From a virus: DNA of 64,000 nt. The notes under the pieces were generated by a model, which was not told the origin of the DNA, made no database searches, and saw only the letters and a list, made by a program, of their open reading frames with translations. Each line of letters begins with the position of its first letter. Position 1 is the stretch's first letter. Of the stretch, positions 26,939-35,465 are shown in pieces. Where the stretch lies: positions 41,562-105,561 of the IMG/VR virus record IMGVR_UViG_3300045988_157190; one strand, 5' to 3'. Position numbers and translations under genes: made by a program.

Positions 26939-27006
26939 ACTTGTAAGCGATATGAGTACGGTTGCCGCACCAACATAGAAAGTATCGCTTACAAGTTTTT
27001 CTTTTT
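26939..27006 (+). terminator. intrinsic terminator downstream of tnpB copy 2
   Basis: acttgtaagcgata (26939-26952) is the exact reverse complement of tatcgcttacaagt (26983-26996), followed by TTTTTCTTTTT. Confidence 0.6.
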
Positions 27007-27215
27007 AGATTGTTCTTTTATAGGAAAAAAGTTATACTTTTGTATGTGTTGAATTATAAATAGGTGATTAGTATAACTTTGCACCAGTTTATGTTAATCA
27101 TCAATTTTATTAACGATACCGGTGGTGCACTGGGAATTTAAGCATGTGGAGAGACCTCTTTAGAAATTATTACGGGTTGATGGTTTCAACAATGTCCCTA
27201 TGAAGCGTGAAAATA

Positions 27216-27223
27216 TACTTTTG
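27216..27223 (+). promoter_or_regulatory. -7 box candidate TACTTTTG
   Basis: Matches TAnnTTTG. Lies 34 nt upstream of the ATG at 27258. Confidence 0.35.
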
Positions 27224-27257
27224 GTGCAAAGAAGTGTATAAGCACCCAATTACGTCC

Positions 27258-27677
27258 ATGAGTGTACAAGAATTTCCTATAAATGAATTTTTAATCCTTG
27301 CAGAAAAGAACAACTGGGAGGTTTATTCGTTGGAACAGGTGAAAAACTTTGCTTCTGACGTTGTAAAAAGCATTGATCCAATTGAGCAGGAGCATGGAGC
27401 TATTGACTTTGTGTCCCTGAATCGTGTTGTTGTGGTTGACGAAAACTTCAACAAATCTGTTGTATATTATAGAGAATCTCAGATTGAGTGGAAGGATGCT
27501 GACCAAGAAACAATCGAAAAAGCCGGAGCAACCGGACTTCCTGTAAAAAACAAATTGGGTTTCTATAAAGACACCCCCGAAAACCGCCGAAAGGGAATTG
27601 TGGGTATGCCTTACAAGAAAGATACCGAGTATAAAAAGAAAAAATCAGAATCCGATAAAACTGACAAGAAAGAGTAA
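27258..27677 (+). CDS. hypothetical protein with a Lys-rich tail
   Basis: ORF 27207..27677 trimmed to the first ATG (MSVQEFPINEF). Confidence 0.55.
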   Translation: MSVQEFPINEFLILAEKNNWEVYSLEQVKNFASDVVKSIDPIEQEHGAIDFVSLNRVVVVDENFNKSVVYYRESQIEWKDADQETIEKAGATGLPVKNKLGFYKDTPENRRKGIVGMPYKKDTEYKKKKSESDKTDKKE

Positions 27678-27690
27678 GCCTTATTGAGCG

Positions 27691-28194
27691 ATGGAAAGAA
27701 AACAGAGAGTACATTATTTAAAGGCTTATTTGGGTAGCTTCGGTTATCCATTGCTTGTCGCTATTCCTCTTTCTCCTATTGTGGATTTAATAGAAAAATA
27801 CATATTCAAAGATTGGGAGTTCTTAAAATTCCTTGTAGTTTTAATTGTAATAGATACACTTGTTAGTTGGGTGTTCCATTTACGACAGAAAGATTTTTCT
27901 TCTAAAGGTATTGGAATGATCTTTACTAAACTTTTTGTATATGCTTGCTTGTTGGTTGTAGCGCATGTATTGGGAGGTTATACGATTAACGGAGAATCTA
28001 CAGAAACATTTACTTGGTTCCGGTCTTTGATATGCACGGCTCTTATCGTCAGGGAATCTGTTTCCATTGTTGAGAATGCAGGAAAGATCAGTCCTAACCT
28101 TGTCCCTTCATGGATCAGGAAATATTTAAGGGACTTTGACGAAAATGGATTTTTAAAAATGAAGGACAAGAGCGACAACCGTCCTTCTATTTAG
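27691..28194 (+). CDS. holin (phage_holin_4-like)
   Basis: Several TM segments, plus IDTLVSWVFHLRQKDFSSKG and RESVSIVENAGKISPNLVP, which match the D.iTG ... E.lSilEN ... P signature I recall for this holin family. Confidence 0.7.
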   Translation: MERKQRVHYLKAYLGSFGYPLLVAIPLSPIVDLIEKYIFKDWEFLKFLVVLIVIDTLVSWVFHLRQKDFSSKGIGMIFTKLFVYACLLVVAHVLGGYTINGESTETFTWFRSLICTALIVRESVSIVENAGKISPNLVPSWIRKYLRDFDENGFLKMKDKSDNRPSI

Positions 28195-28219
28195 ATAGGT
28201 AATTTTAAATTTTTGAGAT

Positions 28220-28807
28220 ATGCGTTTATATAGATTTATCGATACAGACAAGAAAATTGACGTAGTTGTCGTTACAGATGGTTCTTGTGAACAAAAAAGA
28301 GTGTTTATTACAGAATCTCCGAGAGGCGTAGTCCCTGCCGGTTCTGCCAATCCTTCTGCTGATGAAAAAGCAGGAAGTGATGCTTTCCTTGCTTTGGGTT
28401 GGAAATGGAATGTGGGGGAAAGTGTTCAACATGAAGAGTTGGTTGCGTTTGCAGAAAACAACGCGCTTACTCTTACAATCGAACCGCAAGGACTGAATGA
28501 GGTTGTCGCTGTGAATGCAGAATGGAACGATGAGAATGCTTGTGTGCTGTCTGTTTACACTACTGTTCCGGCAGAAAAGGAAATTGAAATTTATTTCCCC
28601 AATTCAGTAAAACTCAATAACTCTATAGGAAGATATGGTGTTATTAGAGGTGATAGAAAAGTGCTTACATCAAAAGTAAATGGTCGCACTCCTATGGAAT
28701 TTACTTTGGCAGACTTGGGATTGGATGCTAAGGAAGATTTAAACCTTGTCGTAATGGCAGATGCCGGAGTGCAGAAATTTGAAGTTGTGGCTAAAAACAG
28801 TAAGTAA
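28220..28807 (+). CDS. hypothetical protein whose N terminus is paralogous to the next gene
   Basis: IDVVVVTDGSCEQKRVFITE aligns with MTVITDGVDSQMNVFVTE. Confidence 0.6.
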   Translation: MRLYRFIDTDKKIDVVVVTDGSCEQKRVFITESPRGVVPAGSANPSADEKAGSDAFLALGWKWNVGESVQHEELVAFAENNALTLTIEPQGLNEVVAVNAEWNDENACVLSVYTTVPAEKEIEIYFPNSVKLNNSIGRYGVIRGDRKVLTSKVNGRTPMEFTLADLGLDAKEDLNLVVMADAGVQKFEVVAKNSK

Positions 28808-28809
28808 CT

Positions 28810-30012
28810 ATGCTTAGGCTTTTATTTACAACAAAAGATTTAAGCAAGCAAATGACTGTCATAACAGATGGTGTAGACAGTCAGATGAATGTTTTTGTAA
28901 CTGAAAATACGGTAGGTGATGTAGACTATTACAAATCTTTAGGGATTGTAATAAAAGCTGGTATTACCTATAATATCGGTAAGTTTATAGAATGGTGTCT
29001 TGCTAATGAATTGGGTCTTATCGGCTATCCCGAAGGACTGGAAGAAGAAAAGATCAATTATGTAAACGTTCTTGATAGAACGGAATATACGTTTACATTG
29101 CAGACAAAATCTCTTTCTTTCGTTAATACGGGTGAAAGCAAGAATTTTGTTGTTACTTCCAGCAAGCAGGAATATCGGGACGGTGCGCCTTACGGGGAAC
29201 CCATAGCCGTTGCTATTCAGATTAAAATTTCCGGTACAGGTTTTTCGGGTAATGCGGGAATAAGTCAAATTTCTGCTACAGAGAATCCTACTGACAAGCA
29301 AAGAACTGGTACAGCTACAATCATTCAGAATGAGAGTGGAAAAACAGCAACCATTTCTTTAAGTCAAGCTGCATCTGTTATTACTTATGAAAATACGATC
29401 ACAGCCAATAAGACAACTCTTACTTTTGCTGCAACGGCAGGTGATCAAGTGGTCACAATCACTTCTACCAGACAAAAGAAGCTGAACGGTAAGAACAGTG
29501 GTTCTCCAACTACCGTAAATACTACAGGAAAAGTAACCGGTACGGGTTTTTCTTTGAAAACTCAATCGGGAGCAAACTATACCGTTTCTGTTACTGAAAA
29601 TACAAATGAGACTACCGGAAGAACAGGAACTCTTGTTGTGACACAGGAAGGGTCGGGAGCAAAATCAATTACGATTAATTTAAGCCAGCCAAAGGCAACT
29701 GTTGCTTATGTTTATAATTTGTCTTCAAACCCTTCAAGAGTGGAATTTGTTGCTACGGGTGAAACAAAAACTCTTTCTATTTCTTCTACAAAACAAAAGA
29801 CGGTAAATGGAAAGAATAGTGGTAGTCCTGTGGCTGTGAATTATACTACGACAGTTTCCGGTACAGGTTTTTCGAAAGGAACAACCGAATATTCCGTTGT
29901 AGCAGCGGTCAATACTGGTACAGCAAGAGAAGGGTCAGCAGTTGTAAAACAATCGGAAGGAACAAAGCAAATAACAATTACGCTATCACAGGCAGCAGGC
30001 ACTTCCGCTTAA
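28810..30012 (+). CDS. protein with three tandem BACON/Ig-like beta-sandwich repeats (putative virion surface or adhesion protein)
   Basis: Three repeats of about 90 aa, each ending in TI(S/N/T)LSQ: ...TGTATIIQNESGKTATISLSQ, ...TGTLVVTQEGSGAKSITINLSQ and ...REGSAVVKQSEGTKQITITLSQ. Confidence 0.6.
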   Translation: MLRLLFTTKDLSKQMTVITDGVDSQMNVFVTENTVGDVDYYKSLGIVIKAGITYNIGKFIEWCLANELGLIGYPEGLEEEKINYVNVLDRTEYTFTLQTKSLSFVNTGESKNFVVTSSKQEYRDGAPYGEPIAVAIQIKISGTGFSGNAGISQISATENPTDKQRTGTATIIQNESGKTATISLSQAASVITYENTITANKTTLTFAATAGDQVVTITSTRQKKLNGKNSGSPTTVNTTGKVTGTGFSLKTQSGANYTVSVTENTNETTGRTGTLVVTQEGSGAKSITINLSQPKATVAYVYNLSSNPSRVEFVATGETKTLSISSTKQKTVNGKNSGSPVAVNYTTTVSGTGFSKGTTEYSVVAAVNTGTAREGSAVVKQSEGTKQITITLSQAAGTSA

Positions 30013-30024
30013 TTTTTTATTGAC

Positions 30025-31728
30025 GTGAGTAGGAAAAGAGACAAAAATAAAAATCAAGGAAAGTCAGACCTGTTAAAGGGTCTGACCAGCCTTTCTTTGG
30101 AAGATATTGTAGGATTGCAGAAAACTCTTCCTACTTTGCTTCAATCCAAATTACAACAGATGTCCCGGTCTGACAACTTGGGGGATTTGGTGAAAGCTAA
30201 TCTTTACATGGGGAACATCAACCAAAGACAGGACGATGTAAAGGCTGTGTTCTTCAACCCGGACGAAGCAAGCGATACGGGAAGGGGTTACAAAGATCCT
30301 AACTTTTACGGTTCTATGCCGTTCGAAGTGCTTCGGAGAATGGGGGACATCTTTGTTGTTCGGGCTGTTGTCAATACCCGTGTCGAACAGGTTCAGAACT
30401 TTCTCCATTTCAGTACGGATGAACAGAAAGAAGGATACACTATTAGAAGGAAAAGGAATCCTTTTGAGAAGGTAAGTGCAGAACGCTCAAGAGAAGATCA
30501 GATTAAAATTAGCTATATCAGAAAGTTTTTGGAAGAAGGCGGTTTTCACGACAAATGGGAATCATTTGATACATTCCAAGACTTTGGGAGAAAAGTTGTG
30601 TTTGATAGCCTTACTCTTGATCAGCTTGCATTTGAAATAGTAAGGGATAGATCGTGGAATCTGGCACGTTATCGTGCTGTAGACGCTTCTTTGATACGTT
30701 TTCTTGATAGTATCGATCCGAAGTTCCGGGAAGAATTTGAGCAGTATCGGTTCAAAGGCTATTTACCAAAATATTGTATGTGCTGGCAAGGTCAGATCAT
30801 GCAGCATCCTGTTACGCATGAAAGTGTTATCTTTTACCCTTGGGAGCTGGGTATTGGTATCCGTAACAAATCCACCAACATATATAAAAACGGGTACGGA
30901 ACATCTGAACTGGAAACACTGTCAAGCGTTATGACATGGATTTTGTGGGGGTTTGAATACAACGGCCTGTATTTTTCTAAAGGGTCTAATCCTAAAGGAA
31001 TTATTAATGTTAAGAATCCGAACATATCGCAGGCTTCTTTAAGTGAGTTCAGACAGGCATGGCAGCAGACGATGGTGGGGGTTCAAAATTCTCATAGAAC
31101 GCCTATTATCAATGGGTTAGACCTTCAATGGGTTGATTTATCCAAAAACACTAACCGTGATATGGAGTTTAGTGAGTGGGTAAAATTCCTACTTGTTATG
31201 ACTTGTGCTGTTTATCGTATTGATCCGTCAGAGCTTGGATTCCAATTCAAAGATCAGACAAATATCTTTGGACAAGCTGGACAAAAGGAACGTTTACAAC
31301 ATTCAAAAGACAAAGGACTAAAACCTATTCTTGTGTTCTTACAAGAGGTGATCAATTATTATCTTGTATCAGAACTGGATGAAGATTTTGAGTTTGTCTT
31401 TACAGGTGTAGATGCGGAAGATGAAGGAAGACAGGTTGAGATTGATGCTAAGAAAATTCAAAACGGTATGGTTTGTCTGGAAGATATTTTTGAAAAATAC
31501 TCTGGACGTAAATTCAACCCAGAAACTGATACCATTTTGAATCAATCCTACCAGCTTCAAAAACAATATCAGATGCAGCAAGCTATGTACGGAGGTGATG
31601 CGATGAACGAAGAAGTGGATCGACAGATCGCGTCAGAAGACAAAGAAGATACACAGAAATCGTTTGATTCCAACCCTATCATGAGTGCTGCAATGTCTTA
31701 CATTGAAAAGAATTGGGGAGAAAAGTAA
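30025..31728 (+). CDS. portal protein
   Basis: 567 aa with a GTG start, directly upstream of a Mu F/SPP1 gp7-like gene (the canonical portal-gp7 order). Size and acidic C terminus fit. Confidence 0.65.
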   Translation: MSRKRDKNKNQGKSDLLKGLTSLSLEDIVGLQKTLPTLLQSKLQQMSRSDNLGDLVKANLYMGNINQRQDDVKAVFFNPDEASDTGRGYKDPNFYGSMPFEVLRRMGDIFVVRAVVNTRVEQVQNFLHFSTDEQKEGYTIRRKRNPFEKVSAERSREDQIKISYIRKFLEEGGFHDKWESFDTFQDFGRKVVFDSLTLDQLAFEIVRDRSWNLARYRAVDASLIRFLDSIDPKFREEFEQYRFKGYLPKYCMCWQGQIMQHPVTHESVIFYPWELGIGIRNKSTNIYKNGYGTSELETLSSVMTWILWGFEYNGLYFSKGSNPKGIINVKNPNISQASLSEFRQAWQQTMVGVQNSHRTPIINGLDLQWVDLSKNTNRDMEFSEWVKFLLVMTCAVYRIDPSELGFQFKDQTNIFGQAGQKERLQHSKDKGLKPILVFLQEVINYYLVSELDEDFEFVFTGVDAEDEGRQVEIDAKKIQNGMVCLEDIFEKYSGRKFNPETDTILNQSYQLQKQYQMQQAMYGGDAMNEEVDRQIASEDKEDTQKSFDSNPIMSAAMSYIEKNWGEK

Positions 31729-31729
31729 C

Positions 31730-31927
31730 GTGAATGTAAGATATGTCAAAAATATCAAGGTCGAAAAGATGCCTTTAGTGTCAAATGTACATCATCATGT
31801 TGATCCTATGCGTTACCCAAAAGTACAGGAAGGATATGAAGGTATGGCGCAAGTTATCTTTTCGACACAGATAAATAATATGTTGATGGATTTGACGAAG
31901 AAAATAGTAGAACAAAAATCTAAGTAA
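31730..31927 (+). CDS. doubtful small ORF between the portal and MuF genes
   Basis: GTG at 31730 just after the portal stop. An alternative ATG is at 31769. Confidence 0.3.
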   Translation: MNVRYVKNIKVEKMPLVSNVHHHVDPMRYPKVQEGYEGMAQVIFSTQINNMLMDLTKKIVEQKSK

Positions 31928-31929
31928 GT

Positions 31930-32883
31930 ATGCTATTCACACCGGAAGAGATACAGCAGTTGTTTTTCATTGTCGATTATCGTATTGCTCGTGTAATTGC
32001 CGATGTGCTGGGTAAGGAATATCTTTCCCAAGAAGACATAGATATGCTGAAAAGATTTGGCTTTGATTTAAAGACAGAAGTTCTGAAAATACCACCTTAT
32101 TGGCAAGCATTCATATTTGGACGGTTAGCAGCCATACTTTCTCCTGCGCAGCTTTCTTCGCTTGATTTTAACGACTTAAAACAATATGTTGAAAAGGAAC
32201 AATACCCGGCATTGACAACAAGGGAAAAGGCAGAATACAATGCGTCGGCTATGCGTTCTTATTCCTATATAAAGGGAATGGGAAATAAAATAAAGGATTC
32301 TCTTTCTTCTACTATATCGGAAGAAGAAATGAAAATAGCTGTTGCGGAACGAGAAATGGAAGTTGAAACAGCTATTAAAGAAGAACTTTCAGAAGGGGTT
32401 ATAAAAAGGAAATCTGTTCAGTCTATAGTAAGTGCACTTGGACATAGATTGGATGAATGGAATCGTGACTGGGGACGTATAGTCGCCACCGAAATGGAGA
32501 ACATTTTTCAGATAGGTACGGCTCAAATGATAATGAAAGAACATGGCATCCATGCTAAGGTGTATAAGCAAACAATGCCACAAGCCTGCCGGTATTGCTT
32601 AAATGCCTACACTACAAATGGCTATGGCTCTAAGCCCGTTATTTTTGATTTGTCCGAATTGATTGCCAACGGTACTAACATAGGTAAAAAGTCAAAAGAC
32701 TGGAAGCCTGTTTTAACAAATATTCACCCTTTTTGCAGGTGTATGTTAAGACATGTTCCAGATGGATATGAATGGGATGACAAAACACAGTCATTTGAAC
32801 CTAAAAAAGTAGATGAAAGTAAGCGGGTTCAGAGAAAATCAAAGGTAAAAATAACTGTAGGTACAAAATATTTCGAAGTGTAA
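31930..32883 (+). CDS. head morphogenesis protein, Mu F / SPP1 gp7 family
   Basis: RDWGRIVATEMENIFQIG ... QACRYCLNAY ... IHPFCRCMLRHVP matches the Phage_Mu_F signature (RTE ... C..C ... HP.CRC). Confidence 0.8.
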   Translation: MLFTPEEIQQLFFIVDYRIARVIADVLGKEYLSQEDIDMLKRFGFDLKTEVLKIPPYWQAFIFGRLAAILSPAQLSSLDFNDLKQYVEKEQYPALTTREKAEYNASAMRSYSYIKGMGNKIKDSLSSTISEEEMKIAVAEREMEVETAIKEELSEGVIKRKSVQSIVSALGHRLDEWNRDWGRIVATEMENIFQIGTAQMIMKEHGIHAKVYKQTMPQACRYCLNAYTTNGYGSKPVIFDLSELIANGTNIGKKSKDWKPVLTNIHPFCRCMLRHVPDGYEWDDKTQSFEPKKVDESKRVQRKSKVKITVGTKYFEV

Positions 32884-33356
32884 TGAAACAAAGAACGATT
32901 TTTAATTCCGGTTTTATCAGTATTCTTACTATAGATGGTTCAAAATGGATAAAGGACATCCAAGTAGGAAATGTGATAAAAACCGTTTCCGGTTACAGAA
33001 GGGTGACAAAGGTTATCCAGTCTGAACTGTCTTCTGTTCCTCGTATTTTTGATATATGCTACGTTACGGAAGATGAAACTCTTGAAAAGGGATACCGTGA
33101 AGATGCTTTACATAGAGTGGTAGATGGCTCTTATGTTTTGTGCCATAATAAAACAAAAAGAGTAGATAAGATAAAACCGGGTGATGTTCTTATACTTAAA
33201 AATGGATGTAAAGGTAAAGTAACCAACATTATACAGATACCTATTGCAAATGTTTCGCAATATTTCTATACCTTTGAACTTGATAAACCGGACTTTTATT
33301 TTGCAGACAATGTCTGTGTGCCGGATGCGACAATTTGTAAAGACAAAACAAAATAA
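32883..33356 (+). CDS. free-standing Hint (Hedgehog/intein)-like domain protein, probably degenerate
   Basis: SGFISILTIDGSKWIKDIQVGNVIKT resembles the intein N-terminal block. KPGDVLILKNGCKGKVTNI ... FYTFELDKPDFYFADNVCVPD resembles the C-terminal blocks. The canonical Cys1 and His-Asn are not conserved. Confidence 0.45.
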   Translation: MKQRTIFNSGFISILTIDGSKWIKDIQVGNVIKTVSGYRRVTKVIQSELSSVPRIFDICYVTEDETLEKGYREDALHRVVDGSYVLCHNKTKRVDKIKPGDVLILKNGCKGKVTNIIQIPIANVSQYFYTFELDKPDFYFADNVCVPDATICKDKTK

Positions 33357-33364
33357 TTTCTGAT

Positions 33365-35338
33365 ATGGGTTTAAACTTGAAAGCGTTGCTCGGATTGCAG
33401 ACGCAAAATGAAAAAATAGCTGAATATAAAAGACTTCTTAAAAAAGGAAAAGAGGTAAGCCAAGAGATAAGCTCCCTTGGTGAAATCTATTCCATTCAGA
33501 AGTCGCAGTACGATGAACTGAAAGGAAGTGAAGATGCTGATGCAGTTGCAAAGGCAGAAAGTTGTTTTAATGAGTTTTTAAAGCAACAGTCTAAGGATTT
33601 GATGGATGTGTACAAGAGAAGAAATTCTATCCATAAATCCATTGCAAAGTTGGAAAATGATGAAGAATTTGCTGAAATGGCAAAAGACATTCGTCAACTT
33701 GAAAGCTGTCGTGAGTTATGGAGACAGGGCTTGATCAAGAAATCTGTTTACTTTGATTTGTTTAAGGCGAAGCAAGGGAAAGTTCAGTTTGCGGACGTGC
33801 TTGTTTTTAGAGGAGACAAACTTCTTATTTTGAATCGTGTGGGAGAAAAGGGCGCGGTTTCAAATGATTGGTGTATTCCGGGTGGACATGTTGACCCGGG
33901 AGAAACTTTCTTGCAAGCTGCAAAAAGAGAACTGTTTGAGGAAACAGGTATTGATATGTCGGAAGAACTTTTGATGCCGGTCGGTAAATACATTCCAAAG
34001 AGAAAAGGTATTGAAATTCACTATTTCATGTGCTTTGTTGATCCTGATGCTCCTGTCAACATTCTTGTGGACGGAGAAGAAGAAACAGGTAGTGAATGGA
34101 TCAATCCTCACACTGAACTTGACCAATATAATTTTATCTTTGATATGAAAGATAATATCAAACGTATTCTTGGTATTGAGGTACAGGATGAGTTTCAGTT
34201 GGTAATGAAATCTTTCAAAGAGGGCAAAATTTCAAAGGATGTATTCACCTCCTATTGTGAAAAGAATCCTGAAAAACTTGAAAAGTCGGCAAACAAAACT
34301 TCTTTTACGCATGAAGAAAGAAAGGATTTGGCAAAGAAAGGTGAAGCAATGCCCAATGGCAAATATCCTATTCGCAATCGGCAGGATTTGAAAGATGCTA
34401 TTCGTTTGTCCGGTAGTTCTTCTATGTCGAAAGAAGAAGTAAAGAAATGGATCAAGAAACGGGCAAAGGAGCTTAATCTGGAAGACGAATTGCCGGAAGA
34501 CTGGAAAGTAGAAAAAACTATGGATACAGCAGACGTACATGTATTGCAGCGTGAATCTTTGGATGGTGAAACCAAAAATATTGTTCGTACAGAGGATGGT
34601 GTAGGCGAAGGTATTGAAAAGGCTATTACTTTCAAGAGAACTATCTATGAAGAAAAAGAAGTCGAAGTGGTAGAAGAGCCGAACAAATACACTTACGGTG
34701 AGTTTCATATGAATTTCTCTGATAATGATGGTGGAAAAGGAGATAAGTTTGCTGATTTTTTAGGCATACTTCAAAAGGTAACTTGTCTTGGTAAACCTTT
34801 TTCTATTGTTATTAAGACAGAAGAAAATGGGGAACAAGAATGGAAATGGAATGGTAAGTTTCGCATTGAAGGCACTACCAAAACAGAAAACATCCGAAAA
34901 TCGACAGAAGATGAATTGTCTGTTGAAAATGGAAATACCGAAGAAATCGAAAAGTCCAAAAAGACCGATAAGAGTATTTTCAACACTTATCTCAATTTTC
35001 TGGAAGGAACTAAAACACGTCTTAAAAATATTCATTGGGGTGAGGAAGATAATTCCAAGCATGTCTATCTCGATGAACTTTCAGAAGAAGTTTCAGAATT
35101 TGAGGATAAGATTGCGGAAGCCGGGCAATCGGGATTCGGACGATTCAAAGACGGGGAAATCCAAGGGGATGAAGTGAAAGAGGATGATCCGGTTGCTATT
35201 TGCCAAATGATATTCGACAAAACGATTGAGTTCAGAAAAGAACTTGCTGAAAAGGATGAATACATTGGCGAGGTAAGCTGGATTGATGATTTTCTTGCAA
35301 CACTCAAACAGTCTAAATATAGATTGCAATTGCATTAA
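33365..35338 (+). CDS. multidomain protein containing a Nudix hydrolase domain
   Basis: Perfect Nudix box GGHVDPGETFLQAAKRELFEETGI at nt 33881-33952 (GX5EX7REUXEEXGU). A coiled-coil N terminus, the motif KGEAMPNGKYPIRNRQDLKDAIRL and a helical C-terminal domain are also present. Confidence 0.8.
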   Translation: MGLNLKALLGLQTQNEKIAEYKRLLKKGKEVSQEISSLGEIYSIQKSQYDELKGSEDADAVAKAESCFNEFLKQQSKDLMDVYKRRNSIHKSIAKLENDEEFAEMAKDIRQLESCRELWRQGLIKKSVYFDLFKAKQGKVQFADVLVFRGDKLLILNRVGEKGAVSNDWCIPGGHVDPGETFLQAAKRELFEETGIDMSEELLMPVGKYIPKRKGIEIHYFMCFVDPDAPVNILVDGEEETGSEWINPHTELDQYNFIFDMKDNIKRILGIEVQDEFQLVMKSFKEGKISKDVFTSYCEKNPEKLEKSANKTSFTHEERKDLAKKGEAMPNGKYPIRNRQDLKDAIRLSGSSSMSKEEVKKWIKKRAKELNLEDELPEDWKVEKTMDTADVHVLQRESLDGETKNIVRTEDGVGEGIEKAITFKRTIYEEKEVEVVEEPNKYTYGEFHMNFSDNDGGKGDKFADFLGILQKVTCLGKPFSIVIKTEENGEQEWKWNGKFRIEGTTKTENIRKSTEDELSVENGNTEEIEKSKKTDKSIFNTYLNFLEGTKTRLKNIHWGEEDNSKHVYLDELSEEVSEFEDKIAEAGQSGFGRFKDGEIQGDEVKEDDPVAICQMIFDKTIEFRKELAEKDEYIGEVSWIDDFLATLKQSKYRLQLH

Positions 35339-35406
35339 GGAGTTTAGAGGTAGATTATGATAATTATTAATAAAAGTTAAAATATTGGGTTATTGTGATT
35401 TATCTC

Positions 35407-35425
35407 TAATTTTGCAGTATTTTTG
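35407..35425 (+). promoter_or_regulatory. two adjacent -7 box candidates (TAATTTTG, TATTTTTG)
   Basis: Both match TAnnTTTG in the 127-nt gap before the protease gene. Confidence 0.4.
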
Positions 35426-35465
35426 AGTGTTATAAATACGTTTATTTCAATTTCAACCAATCAAA

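Larger units (their letters stand above)
25510..27006 (+). mobile_element. possible extent of a non-autonomous IS200/IS605-like element around tnpB copy 2 (boundaries uncertain)
   Basis: The left limit is set by the leader shared with copy 3. The right limit is set by the 14-bp hairpin terminator. No TnpA and no direct evidence for the ends. Confidence 0.3.

Noticed and set aside
32883-33356. An intein inserted in a head gene
   Set aside because: The Hint-like ORF is free-standing, with its own start and stop and a one-base overlap with the MuF stop. It lacks the canonical Cys1 and terminal His-Asn, and it does not interrupt a recognisable host protein.
34232-35335. A cluster of minus-strand ORFs (34232..34708, 34252..34635, 34760..35062, 35065..35307 and others) inside the Nudix gene
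   Set aside because: These are low-complexity Phe/Ser-rich translations antisense to a purine-rich coding strand, which is the typical shadow-ORF artefact.
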